This document shows positions 7,452 through 17,342 of a stretch of DNA of 64,000 bases, piece after piece (position 1 is the first letter of the stretch; every line of letters begins with the position of its first letter). Under the pieces are notes generated by a model. That model had not been told where the DNA came from. It did not search any database and saw only the letters and a list, made by a program, of their open reading frames with translations. The stretch comes from a virus, in the IMG/VR virus record IMGVR_UViG_3300028182_000001, positions 32,001-96,000 of that record; one strand, written 5' to 3'. A program made the position numbers and the translations under genes.

Positions 7452-8327
7452 ATGATTAATAACCCATACGAAGGTAATCAGTATCAACACAACAACGAGA
7501 AGCTGATAGACCTTGACAAAGTAGATAGTTATAAACTAGCAGACTATGGTTTAACTGTAGACGCAGTAAAGATTAACCACTTTGGTATTGACGTTACAGA
7601 CCCACGAACTGGTGAATATCTACCTGACGCATTCTATATGGCTAAGATAGAGCAAGCGGTCGCACAGGTAGAGAAGCAGTTAGATATTGTTATCCTTCCT
7701 CGATTCGTAAAAGAACATCATGACTTCCATCGTAATGACTTCGAGAGCTTTATGTTCGTACAAGCTCATCGTAGACCGATCCTACAGATGGAAAAAATCG
7801 TACTAGAATATGGTGGAGGAACAATCTTTAACTACCCTACAAAGTGGTGGAGAGTTAATAAACTTCCTGGGCATATTGAAATGTTACCTACTCTTATGTC
7901 GTCCGATATGGGGCAAGGGTTAAACCTTTCTCACGCTTACTCAGGATACCCGATGATTACAGGTATTCCGAACTTAGCAGGAAACAATAACTACGCTCCT
8001 CAAATGTTCCATGTGGAATATATTGCAGGACTATTACCACCTAAGCGTAGTGGGGTAGCCGAGCCGTGGGAACTACACCCTGACTTATGGACACTAATCA
8101 TTAAGCACGCTCTAAAAGAAGTATTCCAACAGTGGGGCCGCCTAATCATTGGTGCAGGTATTGCGAACATGTCCATCTCTATTGATGGTGTATCGCAAAG
8201 TATTGATACAACTCAGTCTGCTATGTATGGTGGGGCTTCTGCCGATATCCTACAAATCGACCGAGACATCGAGGAACTAACAAAAGGCTTACGAGCTTAC
8301 TACGGAATGAACTTAGGAATTATTTAA
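7452..8327 (+). CDS. Head-tail adaptor/neck protein
   Basis: Post-capsid position; C-terminal GAGIANMSISIDGVSQSIDTTQSAMYGG typical of herellevirus neck proteins. Start is ATG 7452 or TTG 7446. Confidence 0.75.
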   Translation: MINNPYEGNQYQHNNEKLIDLDKVDSYKLADYGLTVDAVKINHFGIDVTDPRTGEYLPDAFYMAKIEQAVAQVEKQLDIVILPRFVKEHHDFHRNDFESFMFVQAHRRPILQMEKIVLEYGGGTIFNYPTKWWRVNKLPGHIEMLPTLMSSDMGQGLNLSHAYSGYPMITGIPNLAGNNNYAPQMFHVEYIAGLLPPKRSGVAEPWELHPDLWTLIIKHALKEVFQQWGRLIIGAGIANMSISIDGVSQSIDTTQSAMYGGASADILQIDRDIEELTKGLRAYYGMNLGII

Positions 8328-8340
8328 GGAGGGATAGACA

Positions 8341-9135
8341 ATGGCAGAGAAACCATCTATGCTCCAAACGATGTCTACGGCCGCGATCCGTACAGAGATG
8401 TTAGACATCCACGTTGACTCTATGTCCCTTCCTGCTCTTTGGGAGAAGTCGTATCTATGCCCTTGCCGAGATAAAGCGACACGACAACCGAACCAATCAT
8501 GTAAGGTATGTCATGGTCGTGGGATTGCATACCTACCTGGAACAAAGATAGGTATTATCGTCCAATCTCAAGAGAAGGGTGTATTCAACGGAGACTTGGG
8601 ATTAATGGACTCAGGAACTGCCATTGGTACTCCTGACCGAGATTACCAAGTAGCTTTCCGAGATAGACTTACGATCCTAGCTCCTGATTCTACTATCTCC
8701 CAATCTTTTATTTTCGATGTAACGTCACGTAGGGTAAAGAACGGATTCTACATGGTATACGATGTCAAGTCTATCGAACTTGTTAGAACGATGGAAGATG
8801 AACTAGTAGAAGGTACAGACTACACGTTTGACCGTGCTAAGAACCTGTTCTACCCTAAGGAACACTTAATGGGACAGAACGTATCTATGAACATTAAAAC
8901 GACTCTACGGTACCTTGTAGCCGACCTATTGAAGGAACATCGTTACGCAAGGGACACAGGTGGAAAGTTACAACGTCTACCACAGAAGCTATTGCTAAAA
9001 CGTGAGGACGTATTCATTGATAAGGAAGCATTCGAAATTGGAGTAGATAATAAAGAGCTTAGTCTAGAGATTGATGCGAAGAGTAAACCGAACCCTGATG
9101 GTCTGAACGGATTCTTTAGGAAGCGTGAAGGCTAA
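8341..9135 (+). CDS. Neck/head-completion protein with Cys motif
   Basis: CPC...CxxCxGxG motif; neck-region synteny. Confidence 0.7.
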   Translation: MAEKPSMLQTMSTAAIRTEMLDIHVDSMSLPALWEKSYLCPCRDKATRQPNQSCKVCHGRGIAYLPGTKIGIIVQSQEKGVFNGDLGLMDSGTAIGTPDRDYQVAFRDRLTILAPDSTISQSFIFDVTSRRVKNGFYMVYDVKSIELVRTMEDELVEGTDYTFDRAKNLFYPKEHLMGQNVSMNIKTTLRYLVADLLKEHRYARDTGGKLQRLPQKLLLKREDVFIDKEAFEIGVDNKELSLEIDAKSKPNPDGLNGFFRKREG

Positions 9136-9764
9136 TGGTTAGGAAGGCAAGACGACCTAGGTTATTTAAGAGTAACAACGCTATCAAAACAGCAATGACT
9201 AACCTAGGTGACAACCTTGCTCAAGACGTGTTAGACACAGGTATGAAAGCAGTTATAGATAGTAAACCGAAAAATGTTTCTGCTAAACGTATGCCGAAGT
9301 ACCTGCAACTAACAGAGGAACGGTTAGAAAAGTTAGAGGTCATCGACCTTAAACCATACTTCGCAAAAAGCTCTAAACGTAAGACAAAGAAAGACGGTGG
9401 ATGGTACTTAACGGTACCGATTAGACGTAAGGCTAGAGGGATGTCTAGACGGATGTATGAACAACTACGTGCAGTCGATATCGGTGATAGTCCTAAACAA
9501 ACAGTTGTATCGGATTATCTATACGACCGCAGAAGACAGTCTGACGCTTCTCTACTGAATTACACACCGAAGTCTAATAACATCACGAAGATGAAATCGG
9601 GAAGTAATAGACACGATTACGTAGCTTTCAGGACAGTCTCGGATAAGTCACCAGCAGGAAGTTGGATCATCAATCGTGACAAGGTTAACAAGGACGATAC
9701 GTCCAAAACATTCATTGCAAACGTTAACCGATTAATGAAGTGGAAGATGAAAAATGGTATGTAG
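9135..9764 (+). CDS. Basic neck/tail-completion protein
   Basis: Lys/Arg-rich, translationally coupled (TAATG), synteny. Confidence 0.65.
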   Translation: MVRKARRPRLFKSNNAIKTAMTNLGDNLAQDVLDTGMKAVIDSKPKNVSAKRMPKYLQLTEERLEKLEVIDLKPYFAKSSKRKTKKDGGWYLTVPIRRKARGMSRRMYEQLRAVDIGDSPKQTVVSDYLYDRRRQSDASLLNYTPKSNNITKMKSGSNRHDYVAFRTVSDKSPAGSWIINRDKVNKDDTSKTFIANVNRLMKWKMKNGM

Positions 9765-9787
9765 AAAGTTAGGAGGTGGACTACAAT

Positions 9788-10645
9788 ATGATGCCTAGTA
9801 TCGACTCTTATTTATATAACGAAATAGAGGAGAAATTAAAAATTTTCCTTACGAACCGTTATATTATAGAGGAAATCTTAAAAGATATACAACCTCGTGT
9901 AGCAAATAACTTCATGAGAACGTATGCAGGGGATGACCCAGTTAGGGAGATTCCGATTGTATATACGATGCCACAAGATAAACAGACACAACAAGGAGCT
10001 ATCTATATCGGTCTACGAGAAGGAGTAGAATCGGACACAAGTATTGGTAATACCGAAGACACTTACTTGTTTAAAGAGGGAGCTTTAATCGAAGACGAGT
10101 CGTTAATCCACGTATCGGATGACAAGACACGACTGTACTTCGAAGTATCGAAACCGATTGGTGAGTTAGAAGTTGTGAGGGGCTTCGAGTTCTCCCGAGA
10201 AGACAACGTTACAGTCGAGGGTAACAGAGTATATTTTGACTACGATCCTGAACTTGCTAATATCCTAGACCCTTTTAAGGTAGTCTACATAGCCACAACA
10301 GGTGAAGAGGTTGGGTTAAAGCAAGGTTTCACTGCTACAGAGCAATATTCGGTGTTAGTTGTATCTACGAACATGGATACAGTAAGGTGCTTAGACATAG
10401 TGATTAAAGCTATCTTAATCCTAATGCGTAGTAACCCTGAAGAGTTAACGAACAACCTTCTACAAAGACTGCAATTCGGTCAGATAGAAGAAGTTAACTT
10501 AGGTAGGGAGAATGGCACTAACCCTGAGATTCTATACGGCAGAGAGACAATTGTAACATACAAAACTTCTTATAACCTAGATGCTCCGCTATTAGACAAG
10601 CTAGAGAAAATCATGGTTAACATGAAGGTAAAAGGAGGGAAATAG
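9788..10645 (+). CDS. Putative tail terminator/completion protein
   Basis: RBS AGGAGGTG at 9771 favours ATG 9788; lies before the sheath gene. Confidence 0.65.
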   Translation: MMPSIDSYLYNEIEEKLKIFLTNRYIIEEILKDIQPRVANNFMRTYAGDDPVREIPIVYTMPQDKQTQQGAIYIGLREGVESDTSIGNTEDTYLFKEGALIEDESLIHVSDDKTRLYFEVSKPIGELEVVRGFEFSREDNVTVEGNRVYFDYDPELANILDPFKVVYIATTGEEVGLKQGFTATEQYSVLVVSTNMDTVRCLDIVIKAILILMRSNPEELTNNLLQRLQFGQIEEVNLGRENGTNPEILYGRETIVTYKTSYNLDAPLLDKLEKIMVNMKVKGGK

Positions 10646-10647
10646 CA

Positions 10648-10863
10648 ATGACTAAGGTTGAAAAAGAGGTTAAAAAAGCAACAGAGGTAGAACCAATTAA
10701 ACCGTATGTGCATGTAGACACATTCCTACAGAGTGCAGTCCCAATGTTTGGTATGAATAGTATGCAAGCAGCAGGATTCAAAGCTCTAATGAATGGTCGC
10801 CACTATCAAACGGACGAGACAGTTTTCCTCAATGAGCTTAAACAATATTTAGGTTTAGAATAA
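10648..10863 (+). CDS. Small hypothetical protein preceding sheath
   Basis: 71 aa, RBS AAGGAGG, operon position. Confidence 0.8.
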   Translation: MTKVEKEVKKATEVEPIKPYVHVDTFLQSAVPMFGMNSMQAAGFKALMNGRHYQTDETVFLNELKQYLGLE

Positions 10864-10892
10864 CGCTAAAATAGAAAGGAAGATAAAACGCT

Positions 10893-12599
10893 ATGGTATC
10901 ATACGGACACGACAGAAAGCGTCCTCACACTGAGATTACTCTTAACGCTAGTGGTCTAGGATCAGCTAACGCAAGAAGTGAAAAACCTCTTGTACTAATC
11001 GGTTCTGCAACTGGTGGACAACCAAAAGTTCCAGTAGAATTAACGAACTTTGCACAGGCTAGAGACTTCTTCCGTGGTGGGGAACTATTAGACGCAATCG
11101 AGATGGCTTGGAACCCATCACCTAATACTCGTGGAGCAGGTAAAATCTACGCTATTCGAGCAGACGATGCAAAACAAGGAACAAAAACAAGCGGAGGATT
11201 AACAGTTACTTCTAAACTTTACGGTGCAGATGCAAACGAAATCCAGTACGCATTAGATGACAATACACTAACGCAATCTAAACGTTTTAGCGTGTACTTC
11301 ACAAAAGAACGTTACGAGCAAGTGTATGACAACATCGGTAACATTTTCTCTATCAAGTACAAAGGGGCACAGGCTTACGCTGGGGTTGAGGTTAAAGTAG
11401 ACGCTACATCTAAACTTGCAACACAGTTGATTTTAAAAGCAGGTGCAGATGCACAGGGTGCTACTGTAGTTCGTACTTATACGTTAGGAACTGGTGTATA
11501 CCAAAATGTTAACGTACTAATCAATGACATTAGTAACCTACCTGACTTTGAAGTAGTTACAAACTCTCTAGGTGGTAACAAAAACGTAGAGACTCAATTC
11601 TTAGACGTACTAACAGAGACTCCTATCAAGGCAACTGCTAAAATGTTAACTGCTATCGGGGCAGACCTAGTTAACCAAACTGACACTGACCCATACGTGA
11701 AGTTATCATACGATCCGAAAACTGCAATCCCTGCTACAATTCCAGTTACAAACTTAGCTGGTGGATCAACAACTGTACCTGGGGAATCTTGGGCAGAGTT
11801 ATTCACGGCAGTAGCAGACCTAGGAGCGTACTACATTGTACCTCTAACTGACAAAGAAGCTATTCACGGTGAACTATCTCAGTTCTTACGTGATGAGTCA
11901 GGCGCAGGAAACCAACTACGAGGATTCGTAGGTGGAGGTCTAAAAGATACATTCGACAAATTGAAAGCTCGTCAAGCAGGATTACGTAACCCTCGTGTTA
12001 GCTTAGTTGGTAACTCAGGAACTCGTAGAATGTCAGACGGTCGAGTATACAACTACCCTGCATACATGGGTGCTGCTCTAATCGGTGGTATCGCAAGTGG
12101 TATCGCAGTAGGGGAACCAGTTACATACAAGAAGTTAAATGTGGAAGCATTAGACATCAAGTTCACTGGCGACCAGTTAGACCAGTTAGACGGAGCAGGA
12201 GTAGTAATGGTAGAGTTCGTTCGTACTCGTGCAAGCTCTTACTTCCGTATCGTAAGTGACCCAACTACTTACAACACTGCTTCAGAGCCTGTACAAAACC
12301 GTGTATCTTTAGGAGAGGTTAGTGACTTCCTAACTACTGAGTTACGTACAATGTTAGACGAACAGTTCATCGGAACTCGTATCCGTAACACGTCTGCATC
12401 TATCATCAAGAACGCAGTTGAGTCTTTCCTAGACAACCAAAAGAATGTAGATGGTCTAATCGTAGACTACAACCCTGACGATGTACAAGTTGTTATCACA
12501 GGTAACTCTGCTCGTATCAACATCACTGTACAACCAGCTCGTGGTCTAGACGACATCACAGTAGGTATCAACTACGTAGACAACAAGATAACTGCTTAA
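10893..12599 (+). CDS. Contractile tail sheath protein
   Basis: 568 aa; RPHTEI, FRGGELLDAIEMAWNP and VSLGEVSDFLTTELRTMLDEQFIG match Twort/SPO1-like sheath. Confidence 0.95.
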   Translation: MVSYGHDRKRPHTEITLNASGLGSANARSEKPLVLIGSATGGQPKVPVELTNFAQARDFFRGGELLDAIEMAWNPSPNTRGAGKIYAIRADDAKQGTKTSGGLTVTSKLYGADANEIQYALDDNTLTQSKRFSVYFTKERYEQVYDNIGNIFSIKYKGAQAYAGVEVKVDATSKLATQLILKAGADAQGATVVRTYTLGTGVYQNVNVLINDISNLPDFEVVTNSLGGNKNVETQFLDVLTETPIKATAKMLTAIGADLVNQTDTDPYVKLSYDPKTAIPATIPVTNLAGGSTTVPGESWAELFTAVADLGAYYIVPLTDKEAIHGELSQFLRDESGAGNQLRGFVGGGLKDTFDKLKARQAGLRNPRVSLVGNSGTRRMSDGRVYNYPAYMGAALIGGIASGIAVGEPVTYKKLNVEALDIKFTGDQLDQLDGAGVVMVEFVRTRASSYFRIVSDPTTYNTASEPVQNRVSLGEVSDFLTTELRTMLDEQFIGTRIRNTSASIIKNAVESFLDNQKNVDGLIVDYNPDDVQVVITGNSARINITVQPARGLDDITVGINYVDNKITA

Positions 12600-12623
12600 T
12601 AGAAGGGGATCGCTCCCCTTCTA
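12600..12623 (+). other. Intergenic stem-loop between sheath and tube (no U tract; stabilising/processing hairpin or weak terminator)
   Basis: TAGAAGGGGA-TCGC-TCCCCTTCTA. Confidence 0.6.
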
Positions 12624-12653
12624 TAAATAATAAAGAACAGGAGTGAACTACAC

Positions 12654-13082
12654 ATGGCATCTGTAACTAACCAAACGGTACAGACTGGTAATACAGTATA
12701 CTTCATGATTAAAAACGTACCGATTGCTCGTGCTCAGTCTATCTCAGCAGAGCGTAGCTTTGGTACAACTGGGGTATACCAAATCGGTTCTATCATGCCA
12801 CAAGAACACGTTTACTTAAAGTACGAAGGTTCTGTAACAGTAGAACGTTTCCGTATGAAGAAAGAGAACTTAGCGACTCTTGGCTTCGCTGCTTTAGGTG
12901 AAGAAGTGCTTCAAATGGACATCCTTGATATCGTGTTGTACGATAACTACACACAAGAAGTTATCATCGCATACCGTGGATGCTCAATTGATACATACAG
13001 TGAAGATGTTAAAGCGAACGAAATCACTTCAGAGAGTGCTCGTTTCTACTTCCTAACATCTGCAAACGTACGAAGCGTATAA
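12654..13082 (+). CDS. Tail tube protein
   Basis: 142 aa; ARAQSISAERSFGTTGVYQIGSIMPQEHVYL; directly after sheath. Confidence 0.93.
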   Translation: MASVTNQTVQTGNTVYFMIKNVPIARAQSISAERSFGTTGVYQIGSIMPQEHVYLKYEGSVTVERFRMKKENLATLGFAALGEEVLQMDILDIVLYDNYTQEVIIAYRGCSIDTYSEDVKANEITSESARFYFLTSANVRSV

Positions 13083-13093
13083 TAGAACGAATG

Positions 13094-13120
13094 AAAGACC
13101 CGAGAGGGTCTTTTTATTTA
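13094..13120 (+). terminator. Intrinsic terminator
   Basis: AAAGACCC-GAGA-GGGTCTTT followed by a T run. Confidence 0.88.
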
Positions 13121-13162
13121 GCTTAAAATCCTATCAATAGTTAGAAGGGAAGGTACCCTGTT

Positions 13163-15496
13163 ATGACATTCCTAGGTGATAAGTTTAGAGACAACATGTA
13201 TATGCATCCTGAAAGAAAGCTAGGGGAGTTAGAGCTAGAGCTTAGACAAACTGGTAAGATGATTAGCGCATTAAAACTGGATAGCCTGTTAAACGTGGAT
13301 ACGGTCGCACCTGGTAATGACGATGTATTAACATACGAAGCAGTATCAGGAAAGTGGAAACCTAAACCACCAACAGGAGGAGGGGCTAATAGCAGTTCTC
13401 CAATCTATCTTGTGGAGTTATCGAAGTGGGGTATCAAGAACAACGGAACGAGTGCAGTCGCAACTACAAAAGGACTAAATGACGCAATGCTATGGGCCGC
13501 ACAGAACGGATACATGGAAGTAGTACTACCAAAAGGTACGTACCTTATTGATAAGGATAGTCAGATAAGACCGCAAAGTTTCCAAGTACTTAACCTAAAC
13601 GGCTCCACTTTACAAAAGGAAACAAACGGATACACAGGATATAGCGTTATCAGCTTCAGAGATAACCAAGTGTACTCAAGAGTTACAAATGGTATTATCA
13701 AAGGTGATAGACTAACACACGACTTCAGTAGCGGTGGTTCTCATGAAGGTGGTTACGGTATTGAGGTAGGTAACTTCTCTCCTCCTGCAAACGGAGGTAA
13801 CAACTGCCGATTCATCTTTATTGACAAACTAGAGATATTCGATTTCACAGGAGACTCTATCACTATCAATAGTTCCTTTGGACAGATTTCACCTGTACCT
13901 ACGGCATTAGCTAGTTCATGGGAGCAGGGAGCTATTAGCGTTACAGACGGTTCCCTAGTAACAACTACATCTAAGATACGTTCTAAATTACAATTTGATA
14001 TGACACAACCTGCTATCGTAAAATACGGATATTTCGGATTATATGGTAATGGTTATGGAGGTTTAGGATCGGACATTACATGCGACTACTACGATGTTAT
14101 TTTCTACAACGCTAGTAATACTTTTGTAGCATCTTCTACAAACGTACAATTCTTTGACGAAGTGGAAGTTCCTACAGGAGCTACGTACGCAAAAGTAGTG
14201 CTACACCAATCTACTGTACCTCTAGCAGCTAACTGTCTTATTAACGTTCGTGTACCTTCTTTCGCACAATATGTATACATTAAGAAGTGTAACCTACACC
14301 ACAACCGTAGACAAGGTGTATCGGTGTGTGGAGGGAAGAACGTACACATAACAGGAAACGTAATTCATCACATCTCAGGAGCAGACCCTCAATCAGGAAT
14401 AGACATCGAGGATGGTTACGACCTTAACCAAATGATATATATTAACAACAACATGTTCTACAAGAACGAGAAGTACAATATTATCGTGGTTAACGGGAAG
14501 AACATCTACATCAACGGAAACACATTACTACCTCCTGTAAACAGTGGTTACGTGAGTCTAGCAGTAAATGGTGGAGCCGACAAAGTAGTTGTAACTGGAA
14601 ATACGATCCGACACAACAAAGTATCGCTATCAGGAGAGACTATATTCGCAAACAACTACGTATACGGAGCACAAGTAGTAACTAACGGAGCTTACGCAAC
14701 GAGACAGATTAAGCTAGTAGGGTGTACATTCCACAACTGTAAATATGTTTCGGATACACCGTTCCCGTATGTTGTAACAGTAGACGATTGCTCATTCCTG
14801 AATGATGCCGATAAGACCAACTCCCTTTCAACTGTCCTGCAATGGACGATAGAGGTAAAGCAAGAGCCACAGACATTCGTAAACTGTACGTTCCAAGGTC
14901 AAGATGTCAACTACCTAACTTACGTGGCTAGTCTTGCAACATTCAAGCAAGGATGGGTATTCCAAAACTGTAGATTTAAGAATACGAAGACTCCTTCTCT
15001 ATTCGCAGGTAAGTACATTAACTGTGAGTTTACAGAGCTAACTACTTCTTTAGGGGTAAGTCGAAACAACGATGGTACTAACTCATTAGAACTAGTAAAC
15101 TGTAAATTCGTATCTACGGATGCAAATAACAGTATGCTTACAGTTAGCTCACTGAAGAACTTCATTATGAAGGACTGTGCAGTGGAGAAGACAAGTGGCT
15201 ATATCTTAACTGTACAGAACGTGAATGACGAAGTAATTATAGTAGACAACGCATTCAAACAAACGAACGATGCACTACCGAGAGCGCTAGTAACTCTTGA
15301 AGCAAGTTTCACAGGATCGTTAGTAAACATAAAAGATAACTACTTCAAAGCAACAAACAACTCACAAGTAGCTATTAACGACCTTACAACAAATACTCCT
15401 GTAGTTGTTATACAGAACAACATCCTGAAGAAAACAACAATCTCAAGTTCAAGTACATTAAAACTAAACAACATTGTGAACGGTGTTTTACAGTAG
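13163..15496 (+). CDS. Large parallel beta-helix protein (tailspike/depolymerase-like)
   Basis: PbH1-like repeats (HHNRRQGVSVCGGKNVHITGNVIHH, GIDIEDG), 'GLNDAMLWAAQNG..VVLPKGTYLI' cap, N-terminal fibre-like linker. Confidence 0.75.
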   Translation: MTFLGDKFRDNMYMHPERKLGELELELRQTGKMISALKLDSLLNVDTVAPGNDDVLTYEAVSGKWKPKPPTGGGANSSSPIYLVELSKWGIKNNGTSAVATTKGLNDAMLWAAQNGYMEVVLPKGTYLIDKDSQIRPQSFQVLNLNGSTLQKETNGYTGYSVISFRDNQVYSRVTNGIIKGDRLTHDFSSGGSHEGGYGIEVGNFSPPANGGNNCRFIFIDKLEIFDFTGDSITINSSFGQISPVPTALASSWEQGAISVTDGSLVTTTSKIRSKLQFDMTQPAIVKYGYFGLYGNGYGGLGSDITCDYYDVIFYNASNTFVASSTNVQFFDEVEVPTGATYAKVVLHQSTVPLAANCLINVRVPSFAQYVYIKKCNLHHNRRQGVSVCGGKNVHITGNVIHHISGADPQSGIDIEDGYDLNQMIYINNNMFYKNEKYNIIVVNGKNIYINGNTLLPPVNSGYVSLAVNGGADKVVVTGNTIRHNKVSLSGETIFANNYVYGAQVVTNGAYATRQIKLVGCTFHNCKYVSDTPFPYVVTVDDCSFLNDADKTNSLSTVLQWTIEVKQEPQTFVNCTFQGQDVNYLTYVASLATFKQGWVFQNCRFKNTKTPSLFAGKYINCEFTELTTSLGVSRNNDGTNSLELVNCKFVSTDANNSMLTVSSLKNFIMKDCAVEKTSGYILTVQNVNDEVIIVDNAFKQTNDALPRALVTLEASFTGSLVNIKDNYFKATNNSQVAINDLTTNTPVVVIQNNILKKTTISSSSTLKLNNIVNGVLQ

Positions 15497-15503
15497 TTAA
15501 AGC

Positions 15504-15534
15504 AGTACCCTCTATCCACTCTGAGGGTACTTTT
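15504..15534 (+). terminator. Intrinsic terminator
   Basis: AGTACCCTC-loop-GAGGGTACT followed by TTT. Confidence 0.8.
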
Positions 15535-15538
15535 CTAT

Positions 15539-15566
15539 TTTACAATCATGTTACAGTTCAGTTACA
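15539..15566 (-). promoter_or_regulatory. Putative WalR (YycF) binding site, three half-sites
   Basis: Minus strand reads TGTAAC-N5-TGTAAC-N5-TGTAAA, matching TGTWAH-N5-TGTWAH. An extended -10 (TGTTACATT, 15590-15598) follows, with a poor -35. Confidence 0.7.
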
Positions 15567-15631
15567 ACGGGGAATTTAGGGTATAAATGTGTTACATTAG
15601 GTACTACACCAAAAAAGAAAGGATGATATGT

Positions 15632-16294
15632 ATGAAGTTGAAAGCATTAATCACAGTAGGTGCTTTGTCGGCAGGTCTTTTCTTGTTTGGACAAGGTACA
15701 GCGTCAGCCAGTGAGGTTGATACGGACAGGAGTATTGTAGACTACCTGTACCACAGTAATGAGGATCATAGCTTTGAGCATCGTAAACAATTGTCAGAAA
15801 CTTACGGTATCGTAGGTTACACGGGCACAGAAGAACAGAACACACGATTACTTACCATGCTTAAAGCGGATAGGGGCGCAGTAACTCCTAAAGAGGGGCA
15901 AACATTAGTGAAAGAATCTACGCAAGCTAATACGAAGCCACAGACCCCTCAGACGAAGCCACAGGAGCAGTCACAACCACAAGGTAGAACTATCACAGTG
16001 GAAGCAACTGCATATACACCACACCCAAGTGAGAATGGTGGTACATACGGTGGACAAGTACTAACGGCTACAGGATTCAACTTGAGTAAGAACCCTAACG
16101 CTCGAATCATCGCAGTAGACCCACGAGTAATTCCATTAGGAACGAAAGTTCATGTCGAAGGATACGGAGAAGCGACTGCGCTAGATACAGGTGGCGCTAT
16201 CAAGGGTAATCGTATTGACGTACTATTACCAACCGACTCACAAGCAAATGCGTGGGGTCGAAAACAAGTGAAAGTTACGATATTAGGTAAGTAA
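15632..16294 (+). CDS. Secreted 3D-domain (YocH-like) cell-wall protein with signal peptide and DUF3597-like N-terminal domain
   Basis: RBS GAAAGGATG favours ATG 15632. Signal peptide MKLKALITVGALSAGLFLFGQGTASA; 3D motifs VEATAY, IIAVDPRVIPLGTKV, ALDTGGAIKGNRIDV. Confidence 0.9.
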   Translation: MKLKALITVGALSAGLFLFGQGTASASEVDTDRSIVDYLYHSNEDHSFEHRKQLSETYGIVGYTGTEEQNTRLLTMLKADRGAVTPKEGQTLVKESTQANTKPQTPQTKPQEQSQPQGRTITVEATAYTPHPSENGGTYGGQVLTATGFNLSKNPNARIIAVDPRVIPLGTKVHVEGYGEATALDTGGAIKGNRIDVLLPTDSQANAWGRKQVKVTILGK

Positions 16295-16302
16295 TCATCG
16301 AG

Positions 16303-16349
16303 TAGACACGGATAATAAAAATTCGTGTCTATTTTTTTTTTTATTTTAT
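16303..16349 (+). terminator. Intrinsic terminator
   Basis: TAGACACGGAT/ATTCGTGTCTA stem followed by a long T run. Confidence 0.85.
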
Positions 16350-16351
16350 TG

Positions 16352-16380
16352 TTGACTATTGGAAAACCTTATAATATACT
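16352..16380 (+). promoter_or_regulatory. Sigma-A-type early promoter
   Basis: TTGACT-N17-TATACT with an AT-rich UP region. Confidence 0.8.
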
Positions 16381-16432
16381 AAGTATAGAAATTAAAAAAC
16401 AAACAAAAAATTAAATATGGGGGTTGTACAAA

Positions 16433-17338
16433 ATGTCAATCGTATTAACAGAAAGAATGGCTATTTTAAAGAAGATGGAGTATCTAGAAAAGGAGAGAGC
16501 TTCACTTCTAGCAAGCTATGATTCTTGTTTGGATCGTTTGAGAGAATTAGACGAGATTGATAGAATGAGTGCAGAAGCAGACCATGTTGCACAAGTAATG
16601 AAACAAGCTTACGCACCTGAACCTGAAAAGGAAGTTATTAAAGAGGTAAAGGTTGAGTATCCGAAGTTCACGAAAGAAGATTTCAAACGAATCGCAGAAC
16701 AGGTTAACTCAATACTTGAGGAGAGGTTAGCAGAACCGAAACCTGAGATTTTAATGGGTAGTGAACAACTTCGAGCTACACTAGCAGACAGAGAAAAAGC
16801 AGAAGACTTAGCTCATATGCTACATATTACTGGTGCAGAAATGAAGATTACAGATGATAGCATTCAAATGGTAAAAGTAGACAACAGTGATATTGTAGCA
16901 GGAGATACTGAACTAGACGACACGCAGGAACAAGAAGGAATTAACTTCCCAGTTCACAGAGAGGGGCAATCTCTCCAAGAATACTTTGAGGAAAACAAAG
17001 AGGTTCTAGCAGAAATGGGAGAAACGGTTGAAGTAAAAGAGGACAAGCCTAAAGAGGAAACTGAGAAAGCTCCTGTAGGTGAAGCTTCTAAACTACTTCA
17101 AATGAAAAAGTCCTTTATGAGAGGTACAACAAACGACAATCGAATCATTGCTCAGTTTGCAAAAACTATTCTAAAAGACTACGGTGTACCTATCAAAGCA
17201 AAAGTATTGCTTCAAAAATTAAGAGATGCAGGAGTTTCGATGAAATCACCATACGAAACATTAGCACAAATAAAGGGATACGAACCTAGTATCCAACGAG
17301 CAGGTCACGGATACTATCAATACGTCCCAACCCGTTAA
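16433..17338 (+). CDS. Hypothetical acidic protein with N-terminal coiled coil and basic C-terminal (possible winged-helix) domain
   Basis: ~301 aa with its own sigma-A promoter and terminator; RBS GGGGG before ATG 16433. Confidence 0.75.
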   Translation: MSIVLTERMAILKKMEYLEKERASLLASYDSCLDRLRELDEIDRMSAEADHVAQVMKQAYAPEPEKEVIKEVKVEYPKFTKEDFKRIAEQVNSILEERLAEPKPEILMGSEQLRATLADREKAEDLAHMLHITGAEMKITDDSIQMVKVDNSDIVAGDTELDDTQEQEGINFPVHREGQSLQEYFEENKEVLAEMGETVEVKEDKPKEETEKAPVGEASKLLQMKKSFMRGTTNDNRIIAQFAKTILKDYGVPIKAKVLLQKLRDAGVSMKSPYETLAQIKGYEPSIQRAGHGYYQYVPTR

Positions 17339-17342
17339 TATA

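Noticed and set aside
15587-15631. N-terminal extension of the 3D-domain ORF
   Set aside because: Overlaps the promoter; RBS and signal peptide point to ATG 15632.
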